The notes beneath the pieces were generated by a model. That model saw only the letters and a list, made by a program, of their open reading frames with translations. It did not search any database and was not told the DNA's origin. A program made the position numbers and the translations under genes. From Octopus sinensis (Eukaryota), in contig NW_021836376.1 in NCBI RefSeq assembly GCF_006345805.1, positions 1 to 24,490 on the forward strand: a DNA stretch of 24,490 bases, given 5' to 3'. Positions 23,111 to 24,490 of this stretch are shown here, one piece after another (the stretch's first letter is position 1; each line of letters begins with the position of its first letter).

Positions 23111-23218
23111 ATTTCTTGCTGAAGAATCCGAGGGCTTATGAAGATTGGCTTGATTTAATTTAATCAGGGTAGTTTACCATAAACAGCATGTGATGAAACG
23201 GTATACCGTACAAGAAAT
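23111..23218 (+). ncRNA. Type I hammerhead ribozyme in the inverted arm (helix II 3' strand altered to catgtgat)
   Basis: atttcttg(23111-23118) CTGAAGA(23119-23125) atccg..gat GAAA cggtataccg TA(23209-23210) caagaaat(23211-23218). Confidence 0.75.
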
Positions 23219-23464
23219 TACAGGGTAAATGTTTTTTTAATTTCTCCTGTTTACGGAATTAATCTTTATTGCGGTAGAAGCTTTGGCTGTTATTTCTAGT
23301 GGTGAATGGCCTATTATGGCGTTCCTTAATTGTTAATGTTGAACTTAAAAATGGTCTATGACTATTTAATTTTTTCCCACTGGGCCGCTGGTGGCAATAA
23401 AATTCTACAATTTTCCTTGCACCCTATATTGATTAATAAATATATATATATATAATATATATAT

Positions 23465-23735
23465 GTTGATGCATAAGTGTGTGAGTTGTTTGTTTGTGTA
23501 TGTGTGTTCTGTCTTCGCGACTATGTTTGTTACCCTTTCATAACTTACAGCAGGTTTTTTTACGCCCCCTCCTTAACATTGCAGTTCGGCAAAAGCGGAT
23601 AATAAATAAGTATTGGCTTACAAAGAATAATTCCTGATGTCAATGTATTGGGCTTAAAGGCTTATGATATTGATATTGTGCTCCAGCATGGACGCAGGCA
23701 AATGACTTCAACAAGGTAAAAAAGAATTAAAGAAA
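23465..23735 (+). mobile_element. 3' half of the CORE-type SINE begun at 21083
   Basis: gcagttcggcaaaag..aataagtattggcttacaaagaataa..gtgctccagcatggacgcaggcaaatgac..aaaaag matches the tail of 16659-17021. Confidence 0.75.
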
Positions 23736-23934
23736 AAGTATACACATTGATATATGTGTGGCTTATGTGTGTGTGTATATCTAAATGCGTATGAATACAT
23801 ATATAAGTATTTATATACCTATATATATATATATATATATGGGTGTGTGTGTGTGTGTGTGTGTTTGTGTGTGTGTTGGATGTTTCGCCTCGTACACTTG
23901 TGCATGTATTCACATACATGTAGACACACGCTCC

Positions 23935-24215
23935 ACATATACATTCATATATAATATATATATATATATATATATACAAACGTACATACATACACACACT
24001 CATATGCACACACACTCATACACGCACACATATTTGTGCGTGTTTGTGTATGTATATATATCTTCATGCATCTTTATATACCATACATGACACCGCATAG
24101 CAATTCTTCGGCCTAAAATCCTAGATTGCCACCTATAAAGTCGTTTCGAGTTTAGGTAGAATGCCAGTAGTTGTGTTTTGTGGGGAAGGTGGACTGTCGA
24201 CTACTTGGACTTCAG
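23935..24215. repeat. Duplicated segment D', paralogue of ~6170-6460
   Basis: Shared gcatctttatat..ccatacatga, gacaccgcatagcaattctt, aaatcctagattgcc, ttaggtagaa.gccagt.gttgtgtttt. Confidence 0.85.
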
Positions 24216-24299
24216 TACCTCTGAGAAATGAAAGGTAAATGGGAGTTCGACAGATAGAACTCAGAACGCGAATAGATAATCAATTTTTGTTACTTTTCT

Positions 24300-24490
24300 T
24301 TCCCAAGCAACCATAACGTTGTTAAACGCATGTAAAATCTATTAGTTAAACATTTGTTTGTCCTGTTCATCCTATATATAGACTTATACATAAACACACA
24401 TGCATAGGCGTGGCTATGTGGTAAGAAACTTGCTCCGTAAGCACTTAGATCCAGGTTTAGCTTCGCTGCATGGCAACCTGGGAAAGTTTC
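24300..24490 (+). repeat. Duplicated segment E' (paralogue of ~20975-21165) running into a CORE-type SINE head at 24407
   Basis: Shared ccaagcaaccataac, tttgtttgtcctgttcatcct, gacttatacataaacacacatgcataggcgtg. Confidence 0.85.

Larger units (their letters stand above)
21277..23437. mobile_element. Hammerhead-bearing ~490-bp unit array: 3.2 head-to-tail units (21277-22844) plus 1.2 inverted units (22841-23437); retrozyme-like or non-autonomous PLE-type insertion
   Basis: Units start at 21277, 21771, 22256 and 22744 (ataggccattcacc); the inverted arm is the reverse complement of the unit; copies differ mostly by 1-bp indels; flanked by (TA)n on both sides. Confidence 0.85.

Noticed and set aside
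22843-23163. 106-aa ORF across the ribozyme unit, suggesting a coding viroid-like circle
   Set aside because: It depends on two compensating 1-bp indels specific to the inverted copy (attgataatt versus consensus attgattaatt; cgatttgaa versus cgattgaa). The unit consensus has stops in this frame.
21277-23437. Array as a long-read fold-back or amplification artefact, or as an ordinary satellite
   Set aside because: Sequence resumes in the collinear SINE half after the inversion, and the breakpoint matches the ribozyme site. Disfavoured but not excluded without raw reads.
3069-24090. Numerous ORF-track entries rich in YI, CV, TH, N or I
   Set aside because: They are translations of (TA)n, (CA)n and (AAT)n microsatellites, or antisense and off-frame readings of SINEs and LINEs.

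Overview
AT-rich, microsatellite-dense eukaryotic DNA, most likely an octopod cephalopod judging by its tRNA-derived SINE families. I can support no intact host gene; the window is mostly layered mobile elements and old duplicated segments. Main contents: (1) decayed R4/Dong-type non-LTR retrotransposons in (TAA)n tracts; (2) a ~540-bp TAA-flanked non-autonomous repeat in two copies; (3) a non-autonomous Helitron; (4) a young, apparently complete Penelope-like element (PLE, 8201-12350) with RT and C-terminal GIY-YIG, two ~770-bp pseudo-LTRs, an 8-bp TSD and a minimal hammerhead ribozyme in each pLTR; (5) the most notable feature, a 2.16-kb insertion (21277-23437) of ~490-bp units, 3.2 head-to-tail plus 1.2 inverted, lodged in the (TA)n tract of a SINE. 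Each full unit carries a type I hammerhead fold with a perfect core in the two best copies, a palindromic helix III and an unusually long (~75 nt) branched stem II. The inversion junction lies 5 nt from the predicted cleavage site. This looks like a retrozyme-like, probably PLE-mobilised, self-cleaving and possibly circular RNA element. Many 1-bp indels between near-identical copies suggest long-read sequencing error, so frameshift calls are provisional. All alignments and folds were done by eye.
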